From: Macrostomum hystrix
Lineage: Eukaryota; Animalia; Platyhelminthes
DNA: 64,000 nucleotides
Reading direction: 5' to 3'
Assembly: GCA_950097015.1 (NCBI GenBank)
Contig: CATNEN010000003.1
Coordinates: 124,001 to 188,000 of the forward strand
Shown: in pieces, positions 12,740-24,475 of the stretch
Layout: every line of letters begins with the position of its first letter
Numbering within the stretch: the stretch's first letter is position 1
The notes under the pieces: model-generated
What the model was told of the DNA's origin: nothing
Seen by the model: the letters and a program-made list of their open reading frames with translations, nothing else
Databases searched by the model: none
Position numbers and translations under genes: made by a program

Positions 12740-14192
12740 CACCGTGTCCCAAAAAGTTCACTACAGAGCAAAAATTTCCCCCGTTGCAGTTAAATATATC
12801 GAAGCAAAACTTACAGCATTATTGCAATGTGGCAACGCGGAGCTCGGTGAAGTGCCCACCATGCTCCATGCACTTTTCAAGCCTGTGCATGAAGCACCTG
12901 TGGACTGCTTGCAGGGTACTGCGAAAGTCCGGTCTTGTCCGGACTTGATGAAATGTCTCCCTGATGCAGTCACGCAGGCAGCAGAATTGGCAAAGGGAGC
13001 GCGTGCATAAATGGCATTATTTAGCACTCCCCACAAAAAGACGTCACACATTGATAAATCTGGCGAATGTGAAGGCCAATCCAGTGTCAAATGTGCACGG
13101 ACAAGGTGATTTGGAAACAGCTGCTGAAGGAACTGGCGAGTGAGCAGAGCAGTGTGAGGTGTTGCACCATCCTGTTGCAGCCAGAAATTTTGGAAACGGT
13201 CAATGCCTAGCATTGCTTGCATGTCAGTTACCAGTTGCTGCATCAGCTCGCGGTAGTTGGCGGCATTCACATTTGGGAAGTACGGACCAAACAGATGACC
13301 AGCACTGACTGCAGCAAACACGGTCACCTTTGGTGTCACCAAAGTTCGCTGCCTTTAGTGCTCAGGTGGCCTTTCCACACCCCAAACGACAGCATGGCGC
13401 ACGTGGACATGCCATCCAAGTAGACATTAGCTTCATCAGAGCTGAAGAATGGTCAGGGTCAACACTACCACTGTTAAAAATCTCCAGAAGAGGGGCTGCA
13501 GCTGCCACTCTACGCGCTCTGTGATTTTCAGTAAGATATGAGGCACAACTTGCAGGACATACGGCTTCAGGAGCAGATCACGACGAACAATTCGGTGCAC
13601 GCACGATTTACTCAGTTGCATTTACCATGCAAATTGTCTCACGGACTTTCCAATACCTGCGATTTGACCGACGGCTGCCATGATGTTTTCTGGTGTGCAA
13701 GCTGACCTTGGTCTTCCAGAGTGCGATCCACCATGTGAACTGCTGGCACTGTACTAGACAAGTATCTGTTGCTTAATTTTTTCGCCTGGTACTGTATTGT
13801 GGTGTGGGCCACATGAAGATCTGGATATTCCACATTGAGGGCTATTGTGGCCTGTCGATAACTTCCATGCAATCTGTACAGATCGATGGCTCGCTTGCGT
13901 TGGTCAACAGAGAGACGCGGCATTACCAATCCAGAATAGCCGTTTACTGCAAAACTTTCGCCTCTTCCCCTCTTAAACCAGCGAATGCGTGCACGTTGGT
14001 GGTGCCGCGTCGTGGTGCCCCATGCGATTACGCGCAATCTACACTACCAGTGTACATCGCCTTGTTCGTCCGCTAAACCGCCCAAGCTCCCATTGGCTGA
14101 TCGGGAATTCAATTTTCAATGGTCATATTTAACCCTGTCCCCAATCTGTGTCCTGATATTTTGCTCTGTAGTGAACTTTTTGGGACACAGTT
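12740..14192 (-). mobile_element. Tc1/mariner DNA transposon, DD41D (rosa/Visitor-type), transposase disrupted
   Basis: About 33-bp TIRs CACCGTGTCCCAAAAAGTTCACTACAGAGCAAAA, TA TSD on both sides; QQDGATPH...WPSHSPDLSMCD with 41 residues between the 2nd and 3rd catalytic D. Confidence 0.92.
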
Positions 14193-16077
14193 TATAATAT
14201 CCATTTTATCCATGGATGCTATAGCGTAGTCTATGGTACTTCGGCTTAGTGTGCTACGAAAAGTGTAATTTCCCACAATGTCACCCTGAGTCATTCCGTT
14301 CAGAATCGTGCTCTTGGTCTCGGAGCACATTTCCATCAGTCTTAGTCCCAGCTTGTTTTTATCAGAGTCCTGATTCTGTCTGGGAAACTTATCCCTAGTT
14401 TCTACTCGTAGTTGGACTAGTGCTGGACAGTAATGTGCCACTTCGTGCATTGAAGTCACTACTGTTAATACGGAGCCCTCTCTTGAGAAGAGCTGGATGA
14501 GATATTTAATCGCCTCCCATATATATTCTTTGTAGTATTTGGAATTTTCCAGTGGGATATAACACCCTAAGATATTACAGAGGTTCTTCAGACTGCTTTT
14601 GCTTTATTTTTAGTACCAGAGCGAAGTCAGATTTGTGCACAAAGGTGGTTCTCTTTGCAATATTATTTTTACGGGGTAAACCATGCCGTTTGATAATCTC
14701 CTTTTGTTGACTCCCTTTGCCTTGATTCAATATGCTCCAAAAAGCAGGTGAAATCTATCAGCGTGTTTGAGTCCTGTTTGGCGTGGGTCTTCTTTTCTTT
14801 CTTCTTTTCGCAGCTGCCCTGTGCTTCAGTGACTATTCGGGAGTTAAATTTTAGCGTAGAAATTGACATAGGAAGAGGGAGTTTTAGTCCTTAGAGCCAG
14901 TCACGACGGGTTCAAAACCTTTAATCCTGTTGCGCGGTATGGGATTCGTCGGTATCAAACATACTCGTAGAAAGTTATTGGACAAAGGAGTTAGAGGACC
15001 CGAGCTGAGCAGCTATGTTAACAAACACAGCGCAAACAGGTTTGAAATGTTTAGTCCAATCAGTTTTTTTTGCAGAATATGCTAAAAATTCGGAGATATT
15101 TACTATTTGAGTTTCGTAAAAGACAAGTCCAGAGCTCTAAAGTCTGTATATTTCAAGTGAAAGATTCAAATGTTGCGATAAGTACGCTCGTACGCAATAT
15201 TAACTGCTCTCTACAACGCTAGCGTAGTCTGTATCACATAAACAGAGGGCTTAGAAATGACATCTTAGTGAAATCTTGGGTCTAACAAATTTACTCTAGC
15301 AGAAGCGATTTTTTTTGTACTTTTGTAACAAAAATTAAAAAGGGCTCCTCTTTATAGTTATGAGCAATATCTGGCTCAAACTGCAAAAATACTGGATTAG
15401 CTCGTCTTGGATATACGAGCAATTTTGAACTCCTTGTATTTGAAAGCGAGAACAAACGAAACATTTTTTAACGTTCTTCACTTCTATGGAAAACTATAGT
15501 AACAGTCACGAAAGCGGAATGTTAAATCTAATCGAAAATGAAAATTTAAATCAAAGAAGTAATTAATTTTAAGAAGTTATGTCACAAAACCATAGGTAGT
15601 TGATTATTGCAGTCAAAAATACAAAATTTGTGTAACTCTGGCCTTGTTAAAAGAATATGGAAGACTGGTTATTCGCGATGCACAATCAAATGTTTATTGC
15701 ACATGACTGTTGTAAATCATGCTATAATTCGCATTCGAAACAACACCTTTTGCTATGACATAGATTAAGCAATAAAGAGCTTGCCAGTGAATCGTCTTTT
15801 GCGAAAGGCTTCTAATCTACGCATAAATTTAACCGATGCAAAATTTTATGAGATACCTTTTGGCTTAAGTAAAACTAGCTATGAACCGCAGAGTACCTAT
15901 TGGTAACGTAAAGTGACAAATATAAGATAACATCTGAAAAGTTATCTTTTATAAAGCGTCATAAAATTGTTTGGTTAGAAGAAAAAACTCAAATAAAATA
16001 ATAAAATAAAAAGTAGACATGAAGGGAATCAAGAAAAATAGCGCATAAGAAAGAATTTCAAAGCAATAAAAACTTAG

Positions 16078-16149
16078 GGGCCAAGCCGGGATTCGAACCC
16101 GGGACCTCTCGCACCCGAAGCGAGAATCATACCCCTAGACCACTTGGCC
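16078..16149 (-). tRNA. tRNA-Pro(CGG)
   Basis: GGCCAAGTGGTCTAGGGGTATGATTCTCGCTTCGGGTGCGAGAGGTCCCGGGTTCGAATCCCGGCTTGGCCC; perfect 7-bp acceptor stem, A/B boxes, T5 terminator 5 nt downstream. Confidence 0.97.
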
Positions 16150-16252
16150 GACAGATGTAAGAAGGGCCTAGAAGCAAGATAAGTGTGGGCACAGCCATTT
16201 GATTAGATATTTTATGCAATTCTACTAAAGCAGCACAAAAAGGTATAGTACG

Positions 16253-17634
16253 CTAGCCTCGCTTGAGTCCACGGGCGATCCGAAACTCGATTCTTTCAAC
16301 AGCCACGTCGCCTTCAAGCAGACGGTAGACGTAACAGACAACACTGGCCGCTTGCACATCCAACAGGGCGAAGGACGGTACGGCTGGTTCTGTCGGCTCA
16401 GCCGGGCTGAAGGCTCCTGTGGCGGAGCCTGGATTCAAAAAGAAGCCACCGTCGCGCTCGAAGGCTTCAAAATGGCGGGTGTGGCCGCTGATGAGCATGT
16501 CGGCGTCAAGGCGGCGGCGCAGCTCCGACAGGGCGGCAGGGTCACCCCAGGGTAGCAGCTGGTGGCCGTGGGTTAAGCCAATGCGCAGCTGGCCTACTGT
16601 AACAACCTGGAATGCGTTGCATTTATTCCACTGGATAGTCAGCTTAATTTAAGCATATGATTGCGCGCCCACCAGCGAAAAACTAACAAGTTTCACACGG
16701 GGCGTGAATCGGGCATGTCTTTGCCTTTGTCTCTACCTGTGGCTTAGAGAGACAAAAGCCACACATTACTGCGGCCTAATAGCTCACCCTCAGCGGACAA
16801 CCTTTTAAGGTGACAAACAGATCACCAAAAAGGGTCACCAGACATCGTACAGTCCAGATTTTAATCTTTGTGACCGTTTTTTGTTTTCTTGGCTGAAGCG
16901 AGACTTCGAGCATCGCCAGTTTGGTAACCATGTTGAAGTGCAAGAGGCAACGTTGCAGTGGGCAAGGGGTCTGGAGACTGAGAGCCTGCAGCAGGAGTTG
17001 CATTGACTTTGGGATCACTGCGACGCTGTTATTCAATGCCAAGGAGATTATGTCACTGACTGATTGTCTTTTTGTTGCTGCAGTTGATATAGTTAAATTT
17101 AGCGAGAAGTCTAAATAAATTTGGGACACCCGAAATATCTAAAAATAATTATTCGGGATGCATTGGGCAACCCAGACATTAAGGGATTGCGGCGGTCGCT
17201 ACCAAGTCTAGGAGCAACAAAATAGGCTGGTGTTGTCAGTTTTAAAGAAGGTTCTGGGGTCTAGAGATGGGTGACAGCTACGAAGGCCAGTTGTGAAAAT
17301 AAGTAACAGCTAAAAGTAAGAGTAAAATATCGCTAGGCAGTAAGATTGAAAAACTTGACGATTTGAAGAACCCACAGTCACACCCCATGATATCGAGCAC
17401 AAAAGCAATTTATTGCACCTTTGTTTCAGGCCAAGCGGCGTCGTCAAACTCGCCGCGCACCACATGCACGTCAGATGTCAGGGTCTTTAAGTAGTCAATT
17501 GCATCTCTACCTGTAAGGTTTCCGGTGCACAGGACGTGTTGAATTTTGCCGGGCACAAGAAGGCGGCGAAACTTTGCTGGGATGTTTGCCGCCCGAAATG
17601 GAATGTGAAAGTCACCAATAACGAGTACCAACAT
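16253..17634 (-). CDS. VPS29: Vacuolar protein sorting 29 (retromer subunit), 189 aa; exons 17634-17419 and 16606-16253
   Basis: [12 protein letters not shown]...HVLCTGNL...VRGEFD; [10 protein letters not shown]; LISGHT; [12 protein letters not shown] phase-0 intron of 812 nt joins the two frames. Confidence 0.97.
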
Positions 17635-18999
17635 CGCCGATGTTTCACTACTGAAAGTAGAGGTTAAAGATATCAGCATTATTTATGACTGAAAATAAAA
17701 AAATATAAGCAATTTTCTGCCATTTTTGCACAATAATATTTGCTGAAATAACACTCTTGATCATGGAACTACTGGTAAAAAACGCTATAAAAAGTCTGCT
17801 AAGAAGTTATAAACTTCATAACTTTACTCCATTGGTTAAAACATGCATCGATTTAACGAAACCAGTCTAGTTCTGCTGGTTCCAGTTGCAGACTCGACTC
17901 AACAGAGCTTATTGCATGAAAACCCGAAACAAAATTTATTAGGGCTGGTTAAATATGTAAGTTTATTGCCGAAGTCCCTTACAGTTTAAGATTGATGGAT
18001 GACTGATGAATGACCATAAAAATTGGTTTTAAATTTGTTCTAATAGAGAGAACTTATAAAATGAATGTTTGAATTAGTTATATTTGAATGATTGTGTAGA
18101 GTATTTTGCAATAATTTCTTTTCTGTTTTCACTGATTTACATTCTGCAAAACAATGACCACATATTTTCAATTGAAAGTAAGTAATCATTAGCTAACACA
18201 AATGCCCCCAGACATTGCTTATGTGCTTAAGGAGGGCTTGCCTATAATTCCTATCATGTGCATGCCCAGACCTTGGAGCTCACTTTCGATAGCTAACTAT
18301 AATCTAGACCTATATTGTTGTTGCTCTTAAAATCAGAAGCAGCAAAAGGGAGGTCAAAGAAAGGAAGGATTTTTTACTCATTTTCTCTTCTTCATAGGCT
18401 TACTATCACTGAGTGATTAAACTGGGGAAAGAAGAGATAATACATTATGGGACAGATAGGCAAGAGTTTAAAAAAAGGAAGAAATGAGAAACAAAGAGTA
18501 TAAATACAACAAGACCCATTGAAAGAAAATGAAACCCCGAGTAATAAGACCTTGCTAAACCTTGTGTTCCAACAAAGTTAGAATACAAATACTCAGGAAG
18601 TTTTCTTTACTTATTTACAAATTACAATACATATGATGATAATACTAAGACTAGGTCTATTCCAAGAGATATATGCAATAAATAATTGGCCATACACATG
18701 GAAAATACATTAGACCTACTAGATTGAAGGTGTGCCACCTTAGCAGGTCGAAGTGCATTAATATTGCTTAATATTTCGAAATTATTTTTTACTTCTGATC
18801 ATGTCACCCAATAAAATGAACAAAAACCTTTGTAAATTTTCCAAAACTTAGCGGCCTTTGTACTGAGGACACTGACTGAAGCACTTTAATAAAGCAGACT
18901 ACTGTATCATTGACTCCTGTATCAAAATCTTGATGAGCGCTAATGTCTCCTTGACTGCTGCAGAGGCCGGAGTACTTAAGAGTGCTTAAAGAGTACAGC

Positions 19000-19280
19000 G
19001 TGAAAACACTGCCTTAAACAGAAACTGGATTCGAGGAAACAAAGACATGTACTTTACTTTTATTTTAAAAAATATATAAAAGCAGCTAGATAAAATTTAT
19101 TTTAAAAAATTATTATTAGGCTACACGTCTATCTATCTGTCTATCTATCTATCATCTATCTGTCTGTCTGTCTATCTATCTATGCCTGTGAAAACACTGC
19201 CTTAAACAGAAACTGGGTTCGAGGAACGAAGACAAGTACTTTAGTTTTAATTAATAAAAATATATAAAATCAGCGAGATG
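19000..19280. repeat. About 90-bp diverged direct repeat flanking a (TCTA/TCTG)n microsatellite
   Basis: GTGAAAACACTGCCTTAAACAGAAACTGG... at about 19000 and 19188; microsatellite at about 19127-19183. Confidence 0.85.
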
Positions 19281-19368
19281 AAGCCCCGTTTAACAGTCAG
19301 TTGCAGCTACTGGCCTTCCTGACAAGCCCCCTCTCAATATCGTTAGCGCTGGTAGCGGCAGCAGCGCC

Positions 19369-22335
19369 AGCAGCAGCCGCCCCTTGGTTGGGGTTGCAAA
19401 AGTCGCTCGCCACGCTAGCAGCAGCCGCCCCTTGGTTGGGGTTGCAAAAGTCGCTCGCCACGCTAGCAGCAGCCGCCCCTTGGTTGGGGTTGCAAAAGTC
19501 GCTCGCCAGTTAGCAGCAGCCGCCCCTTGGTTGGGGTTGCAAAAGTCACTCGCCGCGCTAGCAGCAGCTGCCCGTTGGTTGGGGTTGCAAAAGTCGCTCG
19601 CCGCGCTAGCAGCAGCTGCCCGTTGGTTGGGGTTGCAAAAGTCGCTCGCCGCGCTAGCAGCAGCCGCCCCTTGGTTGGGGTTGCAAAAGTCGCTCGCCAC
19701 GCTAGCAGCAGCCGCCCCTTGGTTGGGGTTGCAAAAGTCGCTCGCCACGCTAGCAGCAGCCGCCCCTTGGTTGGGGTTGCAAAAGTCGCTCCCCACGCTA
19801 GCAGCAGCCGCCCCTTGGTTGGGGTTGCAAAAGTCGCTCGCCGCGCTAGCAGCAGCAGTTTCTCTGAAGCTCTCTCAAAATTGATCATTGACTGTTTTGT
19901 TACAGGCTACATACCTACCACCTGGAGAACCTCCAGGGTTGTCTTCATCCCCAAACCTGCGAAGGGCGACTATACCAACGTGAAATCTTTCCGCCCCATT
20001 AGCCTCACCTCCTTCTGCGTCAAGCTGATGGAAAGGCTCATTCTATGGAGGCTCCGAGACTGCGACCTGCGGTCAGCCCCCATTAGTAAGTACCAGTTCG
20101 CTTTCCAACCTGGTAAAACTACCGAGCACGCGCTCCATGTTATTACTTCTGCTATTGAGAAAGCCATCCTTAGCAAGCAACTCGCTCTCGGGCTGTTTGT
20201 TGATATCGAAGGGGCCTTTGACAACGTCAACTTTGGCTCCTTCAGAGACACCCTTTCAGACAGAGGCGTCAGACCCAGCATAATTCGCTGGATTGACTTC
20301 ATGATCCGCAACAGATCCGTTACCTCCACGCTCATGAACATCACCTGCCCCCGCGCAGTGATGAAAGGTGGCGCCCAGGGCGGTGTGCTCACCCCGCTGC
20401 TCTGGAACCTCGTCATGGACGAGCTCCTGACGGCTGATGTACCTAGCAGTGTCACCAGGGCCGGCTATGCCGATGACGTCGCCGCGGTGGTCAGCGGGCC
20501 AGACACCAGCACCCTGCGTAACCTGCTACATCAATTCGCCAACAAGGCAGGAAACTGGGCCACCCAGCATGGCCTCAAAATCTGCGTCACCAAGACGGTA
20601 GCAATTGTCTTCACTCGAAAACGTAAGTGGGACATGCAAAACCTCACCATCTATGGTAGGAACATCCCTTTCGAAAAGGAAACCAAGTACCTAGGTGTAA
20701 CGCTCACGCACGATCTGCGCTGGACAAAACACCTTGGAAACATCATCAGACGAGCAAAACGCTGCTTCGCCCAAGTTCGTAGGGCCATTGGACCGACCTG
20801 GGGCCTTACCCCGAGAACGGTCCGCTGGATCTACACCGGTATCATTAGACCGAGTATTACGTATGCGAGCCTCATCTGGTCCAGCGTACTGGAACAGAAA
20901 ACCGCCCGCGACCGACTCTACCAGCTGCAGGGCAGCATCTGCCGTGCCATTGCAGGTGCGTACCCCTCCACCCCATACGAGGGCCTAAATACTATCCTAA
21001 ACATGCCTCCGCTCTATTTGTTTATTAGGGCGGAGGCTATGAAGTGCGCCTACCGGCTTATCTGCGATAAATCCATTAAGAATACGCCAACTGGATTTAT
21101 TCCTGACAAATCTCTCATTCCGCATCTGGACTATGTCCGCCGTGACCTTGCACACATCCACATCGACCCCAACGATGTGGATAGCCAGCCTCCCTCCCTC
21201 ATCCTCAGGAGGGGTTTTAGCGCCGTCATCCCTGACCGTGGTAGCACTCAGCTGGACGTCGGCGTAAACCAGCGCAGCCAGGGTATCCACTGCTTTACCG
21301 ATGGCTCGCTGAGCAACGGCCTAGCCGGAGCAGGCATTGCCATCTTCCATGAGGGTAAGGCGCTCCTTCAGGAGAGCCTTCACCTTGGTGAGAACACGTC
21401 GGTCTTCCAAGCCTAAATCTACGCCATTAACCAATGCGCCAAACACCTCCTCAATGCCAACGTCAGCAGATTCAACATCTGCATCTATTCTGACAGTCAA
21501 GCCGCCCTCAAGGCTCTGTCTGCCATAAAACTCTCCACTCGGTTGGTCTCTGACTGCCACCGAGACCTGCAATCACTCGCGGTCCTTAACAGGATCAGCC
21601 TAATCTGGATCCCAGGCCACAGCAACATCCTTGGCAATGAAGTCGCGGACAAACTCGCCAAGGATGGCAACCCGGACAATAACCACCGCCCGATCAGGGT
21701 ACCGGTACCTAAATCCCTCATCAACCGCACTGCTGACAGGTGGCTAAATCAGCAACACCAGCTCCACTGGAGAAGCTGCACCGACTATAGGCAGACCCGA
21801 ATGGCCATGCCGATCATTAACCGGAAAGTCTCTGACTTTTTGATTTCACTTAATAGAACTGACCTCAGGGAGATGTGCATGGTCATCACGGGCCATGGCT
21901 TCTTCCAGAGACACATTTCGCTACAAACTGGCTGCTCCCCCACCTGTCCCTTCTGTGGCATAGGTAAGGAAACCGCTGCACATCACGTGACATTCTTCCC
22001 CTACTTCGAAAAGGCGCGCAACTGGCACCTCGGCCACCCGCAAGGGATGGACGAATTGACCACTCCGGACAACATCCGAGACCTTCGCGCCTTCGTCCGT
22101 GACACCGGCCGGATGAAGGTCGCCGACGCCTCCCCGGCGAACCTGCCGACTGCTGGCGTGGGGTGGGCGCACCCCCAAGGCTGAGGCCACCTTCCTTTTA
22201 CCTTGGGGTTGCGATAGGGGCCTCGCGGCCTATTCGCGGCGTCTCGCCCCCCGCCAGTAGTAAGTAAGTAGCAGCAGCCGCCCCTTGGTTGGGGTTGCAA
22301 AAGTCGATCGCCGCACTAGCAGCAGCCGCCACCCC
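19369..22335. repeat. 48-bp GC-rich minisatellite (about 11 copies) split by a LINE insertion
   Basis: Unit GCAGCAGCCGCCCCTTGGTTGGGGTTGCAAAAGTCGCTCGCCACGCTA about 10x at 19369-19856 and once more at 22269-22335. Confidence 0.95.
19857..22268 (+). mobile_element. 5'-truncated LOA/Lian-like non-LTR retrotransposon (RT + RNase H) with a premature stop
   Basis: VVFIPKP...[30 protein letters not shown]; RNase H FTDGS, FQA*(TAA at 21414 in place of E), WIPGH; (TAAG)n tail; 10-bp TSD TAGCAGCAGC (19847-19856 and 22269-22278). Confidence 0.95.
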
Positions 22336-22449
22336 ATTCGGAGTCGTCACTGACAGCAGCATTCGACTATGACCACTCTCTGTGAAAACCAAAGTTTTTT
22401 ATGGAATGCAGCTTTTGAACTGCACACGGTAATTGGGTTTAAGGGCGAC

Positions 22450-22648
22450 TTTTTTTTTGGCGGCCGCCTCGATTGCCTCTGCTGCCGAATCCACCTCCGC
22501 TGAAGCCTCCTCCTAAGCCACCACTGCGGCCTCTGACACCGCCGCGACCGAAGACACCTCTGCAGCCGAAGCCACTGCTGCCTCCGCGATCACCGCCACC
22601 ACTGTGACCTCCACCGCTGTTGTAGTCTTCTGCAAACGTCTCGCCATG
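22450..22648 (-). pseudogene. RGG/FGG-rich exon remnant of an RNA-binding protein
   Basis: One frame reads ...EDYNSGGGHSGGGDRGGSSGFGCRGVFGRGGVRGRSGGLGGGFSGGGFGSRGNRGGR; downstream sequence is broken by the LINE and minisatellite. Confidence 0.4.
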
Positions 22649-24084
22649 GATAAAAAAATAAAAATGTTTCTGAAACGTAGATATACAGAAGCTTATGCTT
22701 TTCCAATTACAGATACAGCCCTAAACGAAATACTGTAGAAGGCAAAAAGTGTTGCAACACATAAAAACCCTAAAATGCTAAACTATTGTAAACTACTTAG
22801 ATGCTAAGTGATGCTACAGATGTCCTGTGCAACTAAATAGTTATAATTTACTATTCATTAATTTTTTATCATTAAGTTCCACTAAATAGACTTGAAAATT
22901 GAACCCAGTAATATGATTTAACACCAAACAACAAAATTACTTTAAAAAACCTGTTTGGCGCTCCAATATGTGAAACCACTGGATGCACTTTGCAGTGAAA
23001 TGCTTTGCCATTCGATACAAGTTACCCAACATTAGGTAGGCCTAGCCTGATCATTTAGCTAAGTCCAAAATTAGACACTTGTAACAGCTTTTAAAAAATG
23101 CAAAACAAAACAAATCAATCAATCAATAACAAAATCTATGTTGAGAGAAAAATACTGCTAGGCCCCCCTATGTCAAAAACAAAAAGCGTTGAACATTTAA
23201 CTAAACTCATAGTACAATGAGACAAACAACACTATTTTTATAGAAATTTTAGACAATTAAAAATATTTTACACTGTCTAGGTTAATCAAGGCTACTCACA
23301 TTTTTAAGGACTTTCACTGCAATTTTTGTGGACAGTGCTGGGCGCAATAATTTACTCACAAAATTGTATTTAAGCTGTCAAAAGGCAAATGTTTGCACAG
23401 CACCCACTGAATAGGGCCTAGTGTTTATTTTTTTAAAAGAATATTAAAATTGAATCTTGAGCAAACATTAGCTTTTTAAGTGCCTTGCTCATGGGTATTC
23501 AGTAACCATTGCAGTGCACATTGTGCTAGGCCCTATTAATCACCAAAAGGCAATTAATAGCCAAAAGGCAATTAGGCCTAATTGACAAAAGGCAATTAAT
23601 CATCAAAAACGTAAATGGTGCATTTCATGTGCTTTGCTCATAGGAATTCAGCAACCATTGCAGTGCACACTGTGCTATTAATCACCAATTAATGTTGCCA
23701 AAAAGGCAAATGGTTTGCTTTCTAAGTGGGTTGCTTATAAGAATTCAGTAGCCATTGCAGGGCAAATTGTGCTATAAATAGCCAAAAGGCAATTAATCAA
23801 CAAAAAAGCAAATGGTGCATTTCATGAGCTTTGCTTTGGTAAAAATTCAGCAAGTATCCATCACAAAACTGCATTATTGCATTAAACAACTGAGATTGAG
23901 AATCTCATTTAATACTCAAACACATCTGCTTTATGCCCTACTATCTGCACCTTCTAAAAGTAAAGACAGTTTGAATAAAAAAATATTATTAAAATAGTAT
24001 ACATCAGTTAGTATTTAAAATAAAATTATAAGCTTACACTTACAGTGTAAAATTGGTGACAATTGAATATGGAAGTGCTTATTC

Positions 24085-24475
24085 CCACGGTCCCGTGCCA
24101 ATATTTTCAATTTTATCCACACGGATCCGTGCCGATAATTTCTGCTTATCCACACGGCAGCTTGTAGGAATATAGGTCTACAACTCATATATGCCGTGCC
24201 GTAAATTTCAATTTTATCCACACAGATCTGTGCCGATAATTCTCTGCCTGTCCACACGGCAGCTTGTTTTGCCGATAACTTTAAGAACTTAAAGCAATGA
24301 AAAGCACATATTTTACAGGAACTGTGTAGCAATTTTCATGTACTATATACAACTGGTCATACATGTTTTCCAGAACCTGCAGTTACCTGTAGTAGGGCGT
24401 CTTTTAATTACGAGCAATGCACACGTTAAATTTCGAATAATCGTTAATTTCGAATAATCGTTAATTTCGAATAAT
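24085..24475. repeat. Short diverged tandem duplications (about 100-bp unit x2; 17-bp TTAATTTCGAATAATCG x3)
   Basis: Repeated TTTCAATTTTATCCACAC.GATC.GTGCCGATAATT...CCACACGGCAGCTTGT, and the 17-mer triplet at about 24426-24475. Confidence 0.75.

Larger units (their letters stand above)
8632..14870 (-). mobile_element. Old, degenerate RTE-X-like LINE (APE endonuclease, RT, C-terminal Cys/His motif), interrupted by two younger insertions
   Basis: EN remnant ILNGMTQGDIVGNYTF...STIDY (about 14200-14450); RT remnants KAAGIDGITNEL, FCDLKSAFDMV, NLLYCDDLVI; ENEVHFLFKC near 9000; AATAAA plus A-rich 3' end near 8632-8651; many stops and frameshifts. Confidence 0.8.

Noticed and set aside
19369-19856. 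CRISPR-like array
   Set aside because: Contiguous 48-bp units without unique spacers; eukaryotic context; no cas genes.
19527-21416. 629-aa ORF fusing minisatellite repeats to RT as a novel chimeric protein
   Set aside because: Chance in-frame junction at a 5'-truncated LINE insertion (TSD present); non-ATG start and premature stop.
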